Positions 20,164-27,202 of a DNA stretch of 51,016 bases are shown one piece after another (within the stretch, counting starts at the first letter, position 1; every line of letters begins with the position of its first letter). Source of the stretch: a virus (Duplodnaviria; Caudoviricetes). A program made the position numbers and the translations under genes. The stretch spans positions 1 to 51,016 of the IMG/VR virus record IMGVR_UViG_3300036781_000120, one strand, 5' to 3'. Below the pieces are notes generated by a model, which did no database searches, was not told the DNA's origin, and was given only the letters and a program-made list of their open reading frames with translations.

Positions 20164-20789
20164 TACGCAGCCGGATAAGTGTTTAAGAAATCGAAAGCCA
20201 TTTGACCTACTTTCAGGTTTTTAGACCAGCCGTATTTCAGATAAAATTCTGAAGCTACGTTGTTAAGCGCTCCCAGCGTTCCGGTAATGTCGGTATCCGA
20301 AGTAAAGAAGTTGAACATATCGATAAGCAGGTCGCCCGCGTTATCGTTCCAAATTGCTTTATTGTCTTCGTTTATCATTACGAAACCCAGCTGAGTAACA
20401 CCCGGCTGGATCTGGGTAAAGGCTGTAAGCGATTGCATTACCGTGATCTGGGCCGGGGTAATAGACCGGTTCATAAACGTACCTTTTACGATGGATCCGC
20501 GCTGAAGTTCAGGCATAGCGTTTATGTTGGTATCCGCTGTCTGTTCTACCGCTGTACTGTTAGGTATGGCGAAGTTAGTAACGTAATTGGATACAATCGG
20601 TTTACCGTCGTCGGTTAAAGCCATTGCGGTTGTCCAGGCGGCCGCTGTTAATATCGTGGTGCCGGTAAAAGGCGTTTGCCCTTTTTGCCACATGGCTATT
20701 TTTTGGATTTGGCCGAAATTGGTGCCGCAAATCTGTTTAAGGATATCCGGTAATTCGGTAGGTAGCGGGCAGTTGTCAAATAAACTCAT
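20163..20789 (-). CDS. Probable major tail (tube) protein
   Basis: 208 aa; N-terminal C-P-x(n)-C-G-T-N-F-G-Q-I-Q-K pattern recalls abundant structural proteins of Bacteroidota siphoviruses; no other tube candidate lies next to the chaperone; has its own promoter and leader hairpin. Confidence 0.55.
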   Translation of the reverse strand: MSLFDNCPLPTELPDILKQICGTNFGQIQKIAMWQKGQTPFTGTTILTAAAWTTAMALTDDGKPIVSNYVTNFAIPNSTAVEQTADTNINAMPELQRGSIVKGTFMNRSITPAQITVMQSLTAFTQIQPGVTQLGFVMINEDNKAIWNDNAGDLLIDMFNFFTSDTDITGTLGALNNVASEFYLKYGWSKNLKVGQMAFDFLNTYPAA

Positions 20790-20814
20790 TTTTTAAAGTT
20801 TTAAATGTTTATCT

Positions 20815-20831
20815 GCAAAGCCCCTTTTTGC
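20815..20831 (-). promoter_or_regulatory. AGGGG-loop leader hairpin, copy upstream of putative tail tube gene
   Basis: Minus strand GCAAAA-AGGGG-CTTTGC, just downstream of TATATTTAC (20842-20850). Confidence 0.6.
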
Positions 20832-20884
20832 GATTGAATGCGTAAATATAGAAAAAATATTAAGAAACAAATAATTTGTAAAAT

Positions 20885-20918
20885 AAAAAGCGAACAGGCC
20901 TCGCGCTTATCCGCTTTT
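20885..20918 (-). terminator. Intrinsic terminator
   Basis: AAAAGCGGATAAGC-GCGA-GGCCTGTTCGC followed by TTTTTATTTT. Confidence 0.65.
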
Positions 20919-21003
20919 AATGATTTGATAAATTATTGATGAGCTGGCGCCCAACTGAAAATTAAGTTAAGCGAATATACGAAAAAGTTTTTAAGAACGC
21001 CAA

Positions 21004-21411
21004 TTATTGTAAGTTGTAGCTTATTCCTTTTTCCGCCGGCCAATTGTCCCGATCTAAGAATATACTTATAACGACCTCCGCTATTTCGTGGTTCGCTAAT
21101 TTTAGTAAACGTTTACGTGATAATTTCGGCGACAGGCTTTCTACGGAATGATTTTCGTTTTCCGAGTGGATAACGGAAAAATAAAAATAGCCACCTGTGA
21201 CGTTGAAACGCATATTCTCTATCTGCAATAGTTTACAAACAGCACAAAAAGCAACGTCGAAAAGTTCGCATAAATGGATATTTTCTGTTTTTTCGGCTTC
21301 GGATAACTCCGAACTAAAAATTTTAAAACCGTCTACCTTTTGCGATAGTTCTTTTTCTATTGTGAACTCTAAAAGCTCATTCGGAGTAACAACGTAATTT
21401 TTATATTCCAT
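21004..21411 (-). CDS. Hypothetical moron protein
   Basis: 135 aa; own TATATTTG-AGAAACCAACAAA leader. Confidence 0.7.
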   Translation of the reverse strand: MEYKNYVVTPNELLEFTIEKELSQKVDGFKIFSSELSEAEKTENIHLCELFDVAFCAVCKLLQIENMRFNVTGGYFYFSVIHSENENHSVESLSPKLSRKRLLKLANHEIAEVVISIFLDRDNWPAEKGISYNLQ

Positions 21412-21445
21412 AATATTTTAATTTGTTGGTTTCTCAAATATAAAT

Positions 21446-21481
21446 AAAAAAAAGTGTAAAGCCTCGCGCCGTACACTTTTT
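21446..21481 (-). terminator. Intrinsic terminator after the 147-aa secreted protein gene
   Basis: AAAAGTGTACGGC-GCGA-GGCTTTACAC followed by a T8 tract. Confidence 0.7.
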
Positions 21482-21504
21482 AAATGAATAAAGTAGTAAA
21501 GTTC

Positions 21505-21948
21505 TTATGGTTGTCTTCGCCAAATAGCGTAATTCTGCATGGTTGTGCTCTCTGTTCCCGATCCCGTAAAACCTGCCTGATAATAAGTGTAGGCGTGTGT
21601 AGGGATAATCCAAATCTTACTAAGCGTATTCGCGTCAACTGTTAAACTGTCAATTGCAATCGTCCCGGTTTTAGTTATTGTCGGTATCCGCACGAACTTA
21701 ACGCCGTCGTTAGACCCGTAAAGCCGTACAACCCCCGCAGGCGTTCCTGTTTTACTCACTAACAGCGTTTGTATTGATACGACATTTTGAAAACCCGCAA
21801 CGGGTACTTTTTGTAAACGTACGCCGGTATTCGTGACCGTGTCTAAAGTGGTGCCGTTCGTCTGGCTAACCATATACGCGGATTGCGCACTGACTGTAAA
21901 AGCGGACAACGCTATCAGCAAGCCGCAAAAGGTTAATAGTTTTTTCAT
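21505..21948 (-). CDS. Secreted beta-rich protein with Sec signal peptide
   Basis: MKKLLTFCGLLIALSAFTVSA|Q; own TATATTTAC promoter (21974-21982) and terminator. Confidence 0.75.
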   Translation of the reverse strand: MKKLLTFCGLLIALSAFTVSAQSAYMVSQTNGTTLDTVTNTGVRLQKVPVAGFQNVVSIQTLLVSKTGTPAGVVRLYGSNDGVKFVRIPTITKTGTIAIDSLTVDANTLSKIWIIPTHAYTYYQAGFTGSGTESTTMQNYAIWRRQP

Positions 21949-22010
21949 TGCAATGAATTTTAGTTTTAAAAGCGTAAATATAGAAAAGTTTTTAAATAAA
22001 ACAATTTATC

Positions 22011-22820
22011 TCAATAAAGTACTTCATACAGCGCGAACATTTCGGACGGATCGGAAAATATCATAAGCGCTCTTTCGTCTAAAATATCTTCAAACTTGAT
22101 TTCGCAGATACTTCCGCAATCCGGTAAAACGATTTTAGAATCGCGACCCTCATTCGGATCCAGTTCGTCAAGGAAAACACCTTTGATACACGTTCTGCCG
22201 ACTTCTCTTTCGCACTCTGCCATACGTAAGAAATAAGTCGGGAAGTCAATACGGATTTTATTCCAATATCCTTTGCCCCCTTTTACGCAGCCGATACAGT
22301 TATTATTCGAGTAGCCCAAAAGATACATAGTAGGAAGCAGTATTCCGGCTTCGGCCAAAATATAAGCGCATTCATCTTTTATAATACGCGATTCGATTAA
22401 AGGAAAACGAGGTGATGTTTCGGGGTATTGCTGCAAAAATCGTACAGCCCGGTTTATCTCTTTGAGGGAAAACTCAAACCCGAATACCTGAAGCGTTCCC
22501 ACTGGGTATTGTTTCTGGACTTTTTGACGTACGAACTTTTTTAAATGGGACGTACAAAAAGCGCGCCCAGCTATGTTCACAAAACCCGTGTCCTCTATAA
22601 CTTCGAATTGATCTGCATATTTTAAACTCCTGGTTCGTTTTATCATTTTACCGAACCAGTATTCACAATCTTCTATAAACCGTTCGTTATCGGGATGGGC
22701 GCTACCTATTTCGATATACCATATGTCTACGTTATCCATTCCGTACTTTTCGATAGCTTGCTTACAGGCAACCGCCGAGGTAATTCCGCAGGAAAACCAG
22801 CAGATAACTTTTTTATTCAT
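22011..22820 (-). CDS. PAPS-reductase-like (PP-loop) family protein
   Basis: WFSCGITSAVA PP-loop, FCTSHLKK, YSNNNCIGCVKGGKGYWNKIR; start revised to ATG 22820 after TATATTTG-GGAAACCAACAAA. Confidence 0.8.
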   Translation of the reverse strand: MNKKVICWFSCGITSAVACKQAIEKYGMDNVDIWYIEIGSAHPDNERFIEDCEYWFGKMIKRTRSLKYADQFEVIEDTGFVNIAGRAFCTSHLKKFVRQKVQKQYPVGTLQVFGFEFSLKEINRAVRFLQQYPETSPRFPLIESRIIKDECAYILAEAGILLPTMYLLGYSNNNCIGCVKGGKGYWNKIRIDFPTYFLRMAECEREVGRTCIKGVFLDELDPNEGRDSKIVLPDCGSICEIKFEDILDERALMIFSDPSEMFALYEVLY

Positions 22821-22855
22821 AATATTTTTGTTGGTTTCCCAAATATACGAAATTA

Positions 22856-24157
22856 TCAATACAACTTCTTAGCCGGCGCCGCTTTATTTCCGTAATGATC
22901 GATAATAACGTAACGCAGCTGATCCCAAAAGTGGTTGAACCCGTCTTTAGGATCGTTGGTGTACTCCCCCGACTTGTTTACGTTATACACATATTTAGCA
23001 ACCTCTTCCCAGGCAGCTTCCCCGCATTCGTTGTCATTTACGATATAAAGTTCAAGTCCTTTCATTATACCGATATGGGCTTCGATATCTTTGGGACCGC
23101 AGGGAACAGCGTAAAAGCCGTGTACCAATTGCGGGTATTTAGCTAAAATTTCTTTATCCAGTTTTGAAGCGGGCCAGCCCCTTGACAGTTGTAAAATAGT
23201 ATCCGGCTCCGCGTGATCACAAATAATACGATCGTTCTTTGTAAGCTTTAAATTGCAATACATTTTACCAAGCTCTAAAACTTCTTTCGGCTCGTAGTTT
23301 ATCAGCCTGGCATAAACGCGGTTCTTATCGAACTTAGCGCCGCCGAAGGCAGCTGGCGCTGCTGTACCGAAATCCTGCCCGAAGTACTCTTTTAAAGTTA
23401 AGTTGTGATAATCCTTAATCGAATAAGGTTTACACTTAGTAAAGATTTGCCCTTTGCGGCCTGAACTCGAATAGCCTTTTATAGCGGTTAAGAAATAATG
23501 TTTATCGTACGTCGGGGAAGACGGATTACCGTATTGCTCATAATTGTAGATTATGTGTTCAGGTAGAAAGTTATTGTCGGTGTAATTAGTTTGGATACAA
23601 ACAAAACCTGGTAATTTTTTAGGTATGAGTTTAAAATAACCGTCTTCTACCAGGCGTTCGCCGTATTCGTCATACTGGAAATTTCCTTCGCTGTCCAGGA
23701 TCGGAACGTTTTCAAAAGTGAAATACCGCTTCGAAATAAAATGCGAAATGTCAGGAGTGTTTAACATTATGATAACGATACAACCCTGTTTACGAAGGCT
23801 ATCTACGAAAGTGTTATACTTCATAGGGTCGTTAATGTCTTCGCCCTCTTCGATTATGGCTATGTCGATATCTGAAGCACCTTTTAAATTTGCACGCTTA
23901 CTATTGTCTGAAGCCCGGAAACCTTTGGTATAAACCAGCGTTTTACCAGACTGTTTATCTTTTAGATCGTGTTCATTTTTTACGAAAGCACCGTCTAAAT
24001 GTCCGTCCCGGTTAGCTGTATCATACCGCGCCCAAATTTCGTTTAGTATGCTTTCCCGAATCAATGCTTTTTCGTCGCGGACTATGACACAGCGTTTTTT
24101 ATGTACCGTGGCTGAGAAAGCAATAAACTTGCTTACCTCGTAGGTTTTCATGCCTCC
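22856..24157 (-). CDS. terL: Terminase large subunit, downstream segment (from the second half of Walker A)
   Basis: GGMKT, Walker B IAIIEE, coupling motif MLNT, nuclease motifs GQDFG, CDHAEP and DGFNHFWDQLRY (PBSX/Terminase_3-like). Confidence 0.9.
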   Translation of the reverse strand, partial: GGMKTYEVSKFIAFSATVHKKRCVIVRDEKALIRESILNEIWARYDTANRDGHLDGAFVKNEHDLKDKQSGKTLVYTKGFRASDNSKRANLKGASDIDIAIIEEGEDINDPMKYNTFVDSLRKQGCIVIIMLNTPDISHFISKRYFTFENVPILDSEGNFQYDEYGERLVEDGYFKLIPKKLPGFVCIQTNYTDNNFLPEHIIYNYEQYGNPSSPTYDKHYFLTAIKGYSSSGRKGQIFTKCKPYSIKDYHNLTLKEYFGQDFGTAAPAAFGGAKFDKNRVYARLINYEPKEVLELGKMYCNLKLTKNDRIICDHAEPDTILQLSRGWPASKLDKEILAKYPQLVHGFYAVPCGPKDIEAHIGIMKGLELYIVNDNECGEAAWEEVAKYVYNVNKSGEYTNDPKDGFNHFWDQLRYVIIDHYGNKAAPAKKLY

Positions 24158-24168
24158 CCGATACTTCA
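24158..24168 (-). other. 11-nt coding gap in terL (candidate translational bypass: UGA AGUAU CGG)
   Basis: Removing these 11 nt fuses IVCIGGR to GGMKT and restores Walker A; the CGG codon is repeated on both sides of the gap. Confidence 0.7.
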
Positions 24169-24258
24169 CCGCCCGCCGATACAAACAATTAAGTTCGCGT
24201 CGGCGGGCAGGTTATATAGGGTTTTAAATTGATCAGATACTTTTACGTTTATCGGCAT
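24169..24258 (-). CDS. terL: Terminase large subunit, N-terminal 30 codons
   Basis: MPINVKVSDQFKTLYNLPADANLIVCIGGR followed by TGA; typical terL N-terminus (F..LY, hydrophobic strand, GGR); its start overlaps the end of the HNH gene. Confidence 0.85.
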
Positions 24259-24871
24259 AATACTGCATTACTTCTTCAAGTGTTTTAGTTTTTAACTGGT
24301 AATAAAATCCCGACGGATTAATTTTAAAGTGTCGCGCCCAGTCCGCTAATATCATTCTTTTACCATCGTGTTCAACCCAAACGTTCTTTTTTATGTTTTG
24401 CCCTTGCTCAACGTATGTTGCCCAAAAACAATTGTTTGGACCGTAATCTCCGTTAACATCAAAGCGTTCAATAGTAAACCGGCCGCCTTTTACGCCCTCG
24501 GGACGTTCGCCCATATCGGTTATGAAGTTTTCAAACGAGTTGATCCAACGTTCACAAACCTTTATACCTAAGGCGCCGTATGCGGGATAAGATATGTGTT
24601 TAGGATCGTTGCAACGCTCTTTCATCCCCCGCCATACGCGATAAATCGGATCCTTTGAACGACCATGCGTTTTATTAGCTTCGCTAGCCTTATCTTTTTG
24701 CGAGCAAGTGCAGCTTTGAGTATGTCCGCTTCTAAGTTTATTCCCGACTACAACAACCTCGTTACCGCAATCACACTTACACAACCAGGCTGCGGCAGTC
24801 CTGATATTTTCAACGCGCTTTAAAACTGTCAATCGGCCAAACTTTTGACCTGTAATGTCTTTTAATTCCAT
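24233..24871 (-). CDS. Free-standing HNH-type homing endonuclease
   Basis: DITGQKFGRLTV..WLCKCDCGN..SGHTQSC N-terminal domain; WRGMKERC, YGALGIKVCERW and TIERFDVNGDYGPNNCFWAT; inserted between terS and terL with its own TATATTTG promoter; start revised to 24871. Confidence 0.9.
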   Translation of the reverse strand: MELKDITGQKFGRLTVLKRVENIRTAAAWLCKCDCGNEVVVVGNKLRSGHTQSCTCSQKDKASEANKTHGRSKDPIYRVWRGMKERCNDPKHISYPAYGALGIKVCERWINSFENFITDMGERPEGVKGGRFTIERFDVNGDYGPNNCFWATYVEQGQNIKKNVWVEHDGKRMILADWARHFKINPSGFYYQLKTKTLEEVMQYYADKRKSI

Positions 24872-24911
24872 AATAGTTATTTGGTTTAATACCCCAAATA
24901 TACAGCTTATG

Positions 24912-25691
24912 TTATTCAAAAACAATGGGTAATTCTGATAAATTTATACTTACAGTCCGGGTATTATCTTCACTGTATTTACCGGCAATTTTCAACAGTT
25001 GTATTGCTGCATCCTTAGCGTCGTAAAGCTCTACCTCGATACCGTCTTTAGTTTCTTTGTACTTTTTAATTTTGCCGTTTTCGTGATCCGCGCAAATCTT
25101 ATTCAGGTCTAAAACTTGTTTTTTGACCAGGTAAGTATCGCCTAAAACGATACGCTTTGCTAGTGGTCCCTTTTTACGGATCTCCGTTTTCAAAGCTACA
25201 ATGTTTAAAGCAATTTCTTTTTGTCGCTTTTTAGACTGGCTAACATCTAACTTTGTTTCCGCGTACATACATTCGTATTCCTGTTCCGCTGTTAAATCGA
25301 TTTCCAGGTCTTGCAACAAATGTTTTAAAGGGCGCTCGATCCAATCCTGCTGCGGTAATACGCGTTCCGTCATGTACTGCTTTAAATCAGTATCGGCCAT
25401 GCTGCGTAAAATTCGAAGGTTATCATCTGGAACGCCGATTTCCTGTTCTAAGACGTATTCGATATAAGCCTTAACAGCGGGCCGGTTATACGTCTTAACG
25501 CCGTAATTGCTTGCTGTGCTTTCAGGTTTACCGAGATCCCGGGAAGCCTGGGTTTTGTTAAGCCGCTTTAAATAAAAGTTTGCCCAGCGTAAATGCTGCG
25601 GGTCCTCAATCGCGGCCGCTAACTGGTCAACATCTAAAATCGGTTTATCGTCTTCGCTTTGCACGGGGTAAATATAAAAAATATTTGACAA
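24912..25691 (-). CDS. terS: Terminase small subunit
   Basis: N-terminal HTH (WANFYLKRLNKTQASRDLG...RPAVKAYI) and C-terminal IEVELYDAKDAAIQLLKIAGKY; true start may be GTG 25664, just after TATATTTAC. Confidence 0.8.
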   Translation of the reverse strand: MSNIFYIYPVQSEDDKPILDVDQLAAAIEDPQHLRWANFYLKRLNKTQASRDLGKPESTASNYGVKTYNRPAVKAYIEYVLEQEIGVPDDNLRILRSMADTDLKQYMTERVLPQQDWIERPLKHLLQDLEIDLTAEQEYECMYAETKLDVSQSKKRQKEIALNIVALKTEIRKKGPLAKRIVLGDTYLVKKQVLDLNKICADHENGKIKKYKETKDGIEVELYDAKDAAIQLLKIAGKYSEDNTRTVSINLSELPIVFE

Positions 25692-25727
25692 TAAAAAACC
25701 GTCCCGCTTATCAAGCTGCCAGACGGT
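25692..25727 (-). terminator. Terminator separating the early leftward cluster from terS
   Basis: ACCGTCTG...CGGGACGG followed by TTTTTTATT. Confidence 0.6.
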
Positions 25728-25857
25728 ATCATTTAGCCGGGTTACGTCCGTTAACCCTACGTCCGTTAAAAGCTAAACTATTTTCTGCATAATACTTATT
25801 ATGTTAAGTGATATTTAAAGCTATTGCAACAACGTTACAACAACTTCTCCCCCTACC

Positions 25858-26052
25858 CTATGGCCTCGCTGATAAATCAAAACTTACGGAATATGCGTAC
25901 CTGTTGTTTTCTCCAAGCTTCATAAACGCTTCTTTAATCTCGTTTTTCCTACTATTTAGTTCTACAGGTAAACAATCTATTGTTAGCGGTCTAACATCGC
26001 CGTGATCGTTTTTATACCATTTAATCGTAAAAGTCCCTTCAAATGTTTTCAT
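25858..26052 (-). CDS. Small early hypothetical protein
   Basis: 64 aa, MKT start, conserved AAAACTTTGCGATAATG leader. Confidence 0.7.
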   Translation of the reverse strand: MKTFEGTFTIKWYKNDHGDVRPLTIDCLPVELNSRKNEIKEAFMKLGENNRYAYSVSFDLSARP

Positions 26053-26179
26053 TATCGCAAAGTTTTTAATTCACCGAAACACCATGCCCCGGCACCAACA
26101 AAGCCCGGCCCCTTGTTAGGCAGCCAGGCTATTACCTGCGATTTGCAGACTTCGCGGGAACTGCGGCCCGCAGGATCTT

Positions 26180-26281
26180 TTAATGCTTACAATATATCGT
26201 CATGGCTACAACTATAAACCCGATTAAAAGCACAAAAGCTATAAACAGACACCAGAATGCGTACGCTATTTTTTCTTTCAT
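26180..26281 (-). CDS. Small membrane peptide, 33 aa
   Basis: MKEKIAYAFWCLFIAFVLLIGFIVVAMTIYCKH; ATGA-coupled to the upstream gene. Confidence 0.6.
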   Translation of the reverse strand: MKEKIAYAFWCLFIAFVLLIGFIVVAMTIYCKH

Positions 26282-26529
26282 AAATCAATATTAAACAATT
26301 CCTGCCAATTAAAACTAACAACTTTACCGTAATTAAGTTTAACCGCGTAAACTTCCCAATAGTCGGTCCGCTGCGCTATTACCGTACCTGTACGGCCTTC
26401 AAACGAATCGTTGATGCTTTGGCCGTAACGCTTAAACCAATCGCCGTGCGGACCGCATGAAATAATGCAAACAGCATCCCCCACTTCCGGGGGATTGCTG
26501 TTATCGTAGTTTGTGATTATTGTTCGCAT
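26278..26529 (-). CDS. Small hypothetical protein (SH3/KOW-like barrel)
   Basis: 83 aa; VGDAV...GRTGTVI...YAVKL pattern. Confidence 0.65.
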   Translation of the reverse strand: MRTIITNYDNSNPPEVGDAVCIISCGPHGDWFKRYGQSINDSFEGRTGTVIAQRTDYWEVYAVKLNYGKVVSFNWQELFNIDL

Positions 26530-26786
26530 GCTGCGTAAAATTCAGCGTCGTTTTTAGCGTCCCGAGCTTTCGCGGCTCTTACTATCTCAACCCATTTGCG
26601 AAACTCAGCACTGTACAATTCCAGGTTATCGATGTGACCCATACCGGTAAAACCTTTGTTAATTTCTGACTGGAAAAATGTGATTTTGTCGGAGCAAGCT
26701 TTTTTAGCCGCTTCCAGGTAGTGAGTGTGTAAGTTAACCAGTTCGTCTGAGGTAAAGTCTGAAGTTAAAATCTGTGAAGTTTTCAT
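26517..26786 (-). CDS. Small early hypothetical protein
   Basis: 89 aa, MKT start, AAAACTTTGCGATTATG leader. Confidence 0.7.
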   Translation of the reverse strand: MKTSQILTSDFTSDELVNLHTHYLEAAKKACSDKITFFQSEINKGFTGMGHIDNLELYSAEFRKWVEIVRAAKARDAKNDAEFYAACEQ

Positions 26787-26830
26787 AATCGCAAAGTTTT
26801 AAAGTAAATAACTAAATTGTTATTACAATA

Positions 26831-26881
26831 CAAATATAACTATAAAAAGTTAATATGCAAATTAAATCGTAATTATTTCAC
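26831..26881 (-). promoter_or_regulatory. Early promoter/operator repeat, copy 1
   Basis: TTTG-N19-TATATTTG (Bacteroidota -33/-7) with a TAACT-N6-AGTTA palindrome at 26837-26852. Confidence 0.8.
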
Positions 26882-27139
26882 ATTCATAAATTGCGCTATG
26901 TCAGCCAATAGCGGTAAAGTAGTGTACGCGCCGTCAGACGTACGCTTTGAGCACACTCTGAATTCGCCGTTTACGCAAATAATAGATCCCAAAGCAGGAC
27001 TATTTTTATCCGCGCCGATAGTAAACCGGTAAAATTTTTCAGACTGATCTGAATAGTTTGTATCCTGGTAAATAACAACGCCGAAAGTATTTGATACCTG
27101 ATTAAGTAATTCTGAGTTGTTGAAAATTGAAGTGCTCAT
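26873..27139 (-). CDS. Small early hypothetical protein
   Basis: 88 aa, AAAACTTCGCAACATG leader. Confidence 0.7.
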   Translation of the reverse strand: MSTSIFNNSELLNQVSNTFGVVIYQDTNYSDQSEKFYRFTIGADKNSPALGSIICVNGEFRVCSKRTSDGAYTTLPLLADIAQFMNVK

Positions 27140-27172
27140 GTTGCGAAGTTTTGTTTAGCTGAATTGCTGAAG

Positions 27173-27202
27173 CAAATATAACTATAAAAAGTTAGTATCA
27201 AA
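27173..27202 (-). promoter_or_regulatory. Early promoter/operator repeat, copy 2
   Basis: TTTG...TAACTTTTTATAGTTATATTTG on the minus strand. Confidence 0.8.

Noticed and set aside
24148-24168. UGA read-through or stop-codon reassignment in terL
   Set aside because: The same frame meets another TGA six codons later and does not encode GGMKT; TGA and TAG act as normal stops elsewhere in the genome.
24149-24184. ORF-track start of terL (TTG, MYRRAVKYRGGMKT) or internal ATG 24151
   Set aside because: Both lose the beta-strand and GGR half of Walker A, which is encoded in the upstream frame from ATG 24258.
24158-24925. Group I intron or intein carrying the HNH gene within terL
   Set aside because: The HNH gene lies upstream of the terL start rather than inside the gap; the gap is only 11 nt, and no room or motif for a ribozyme core was seen.
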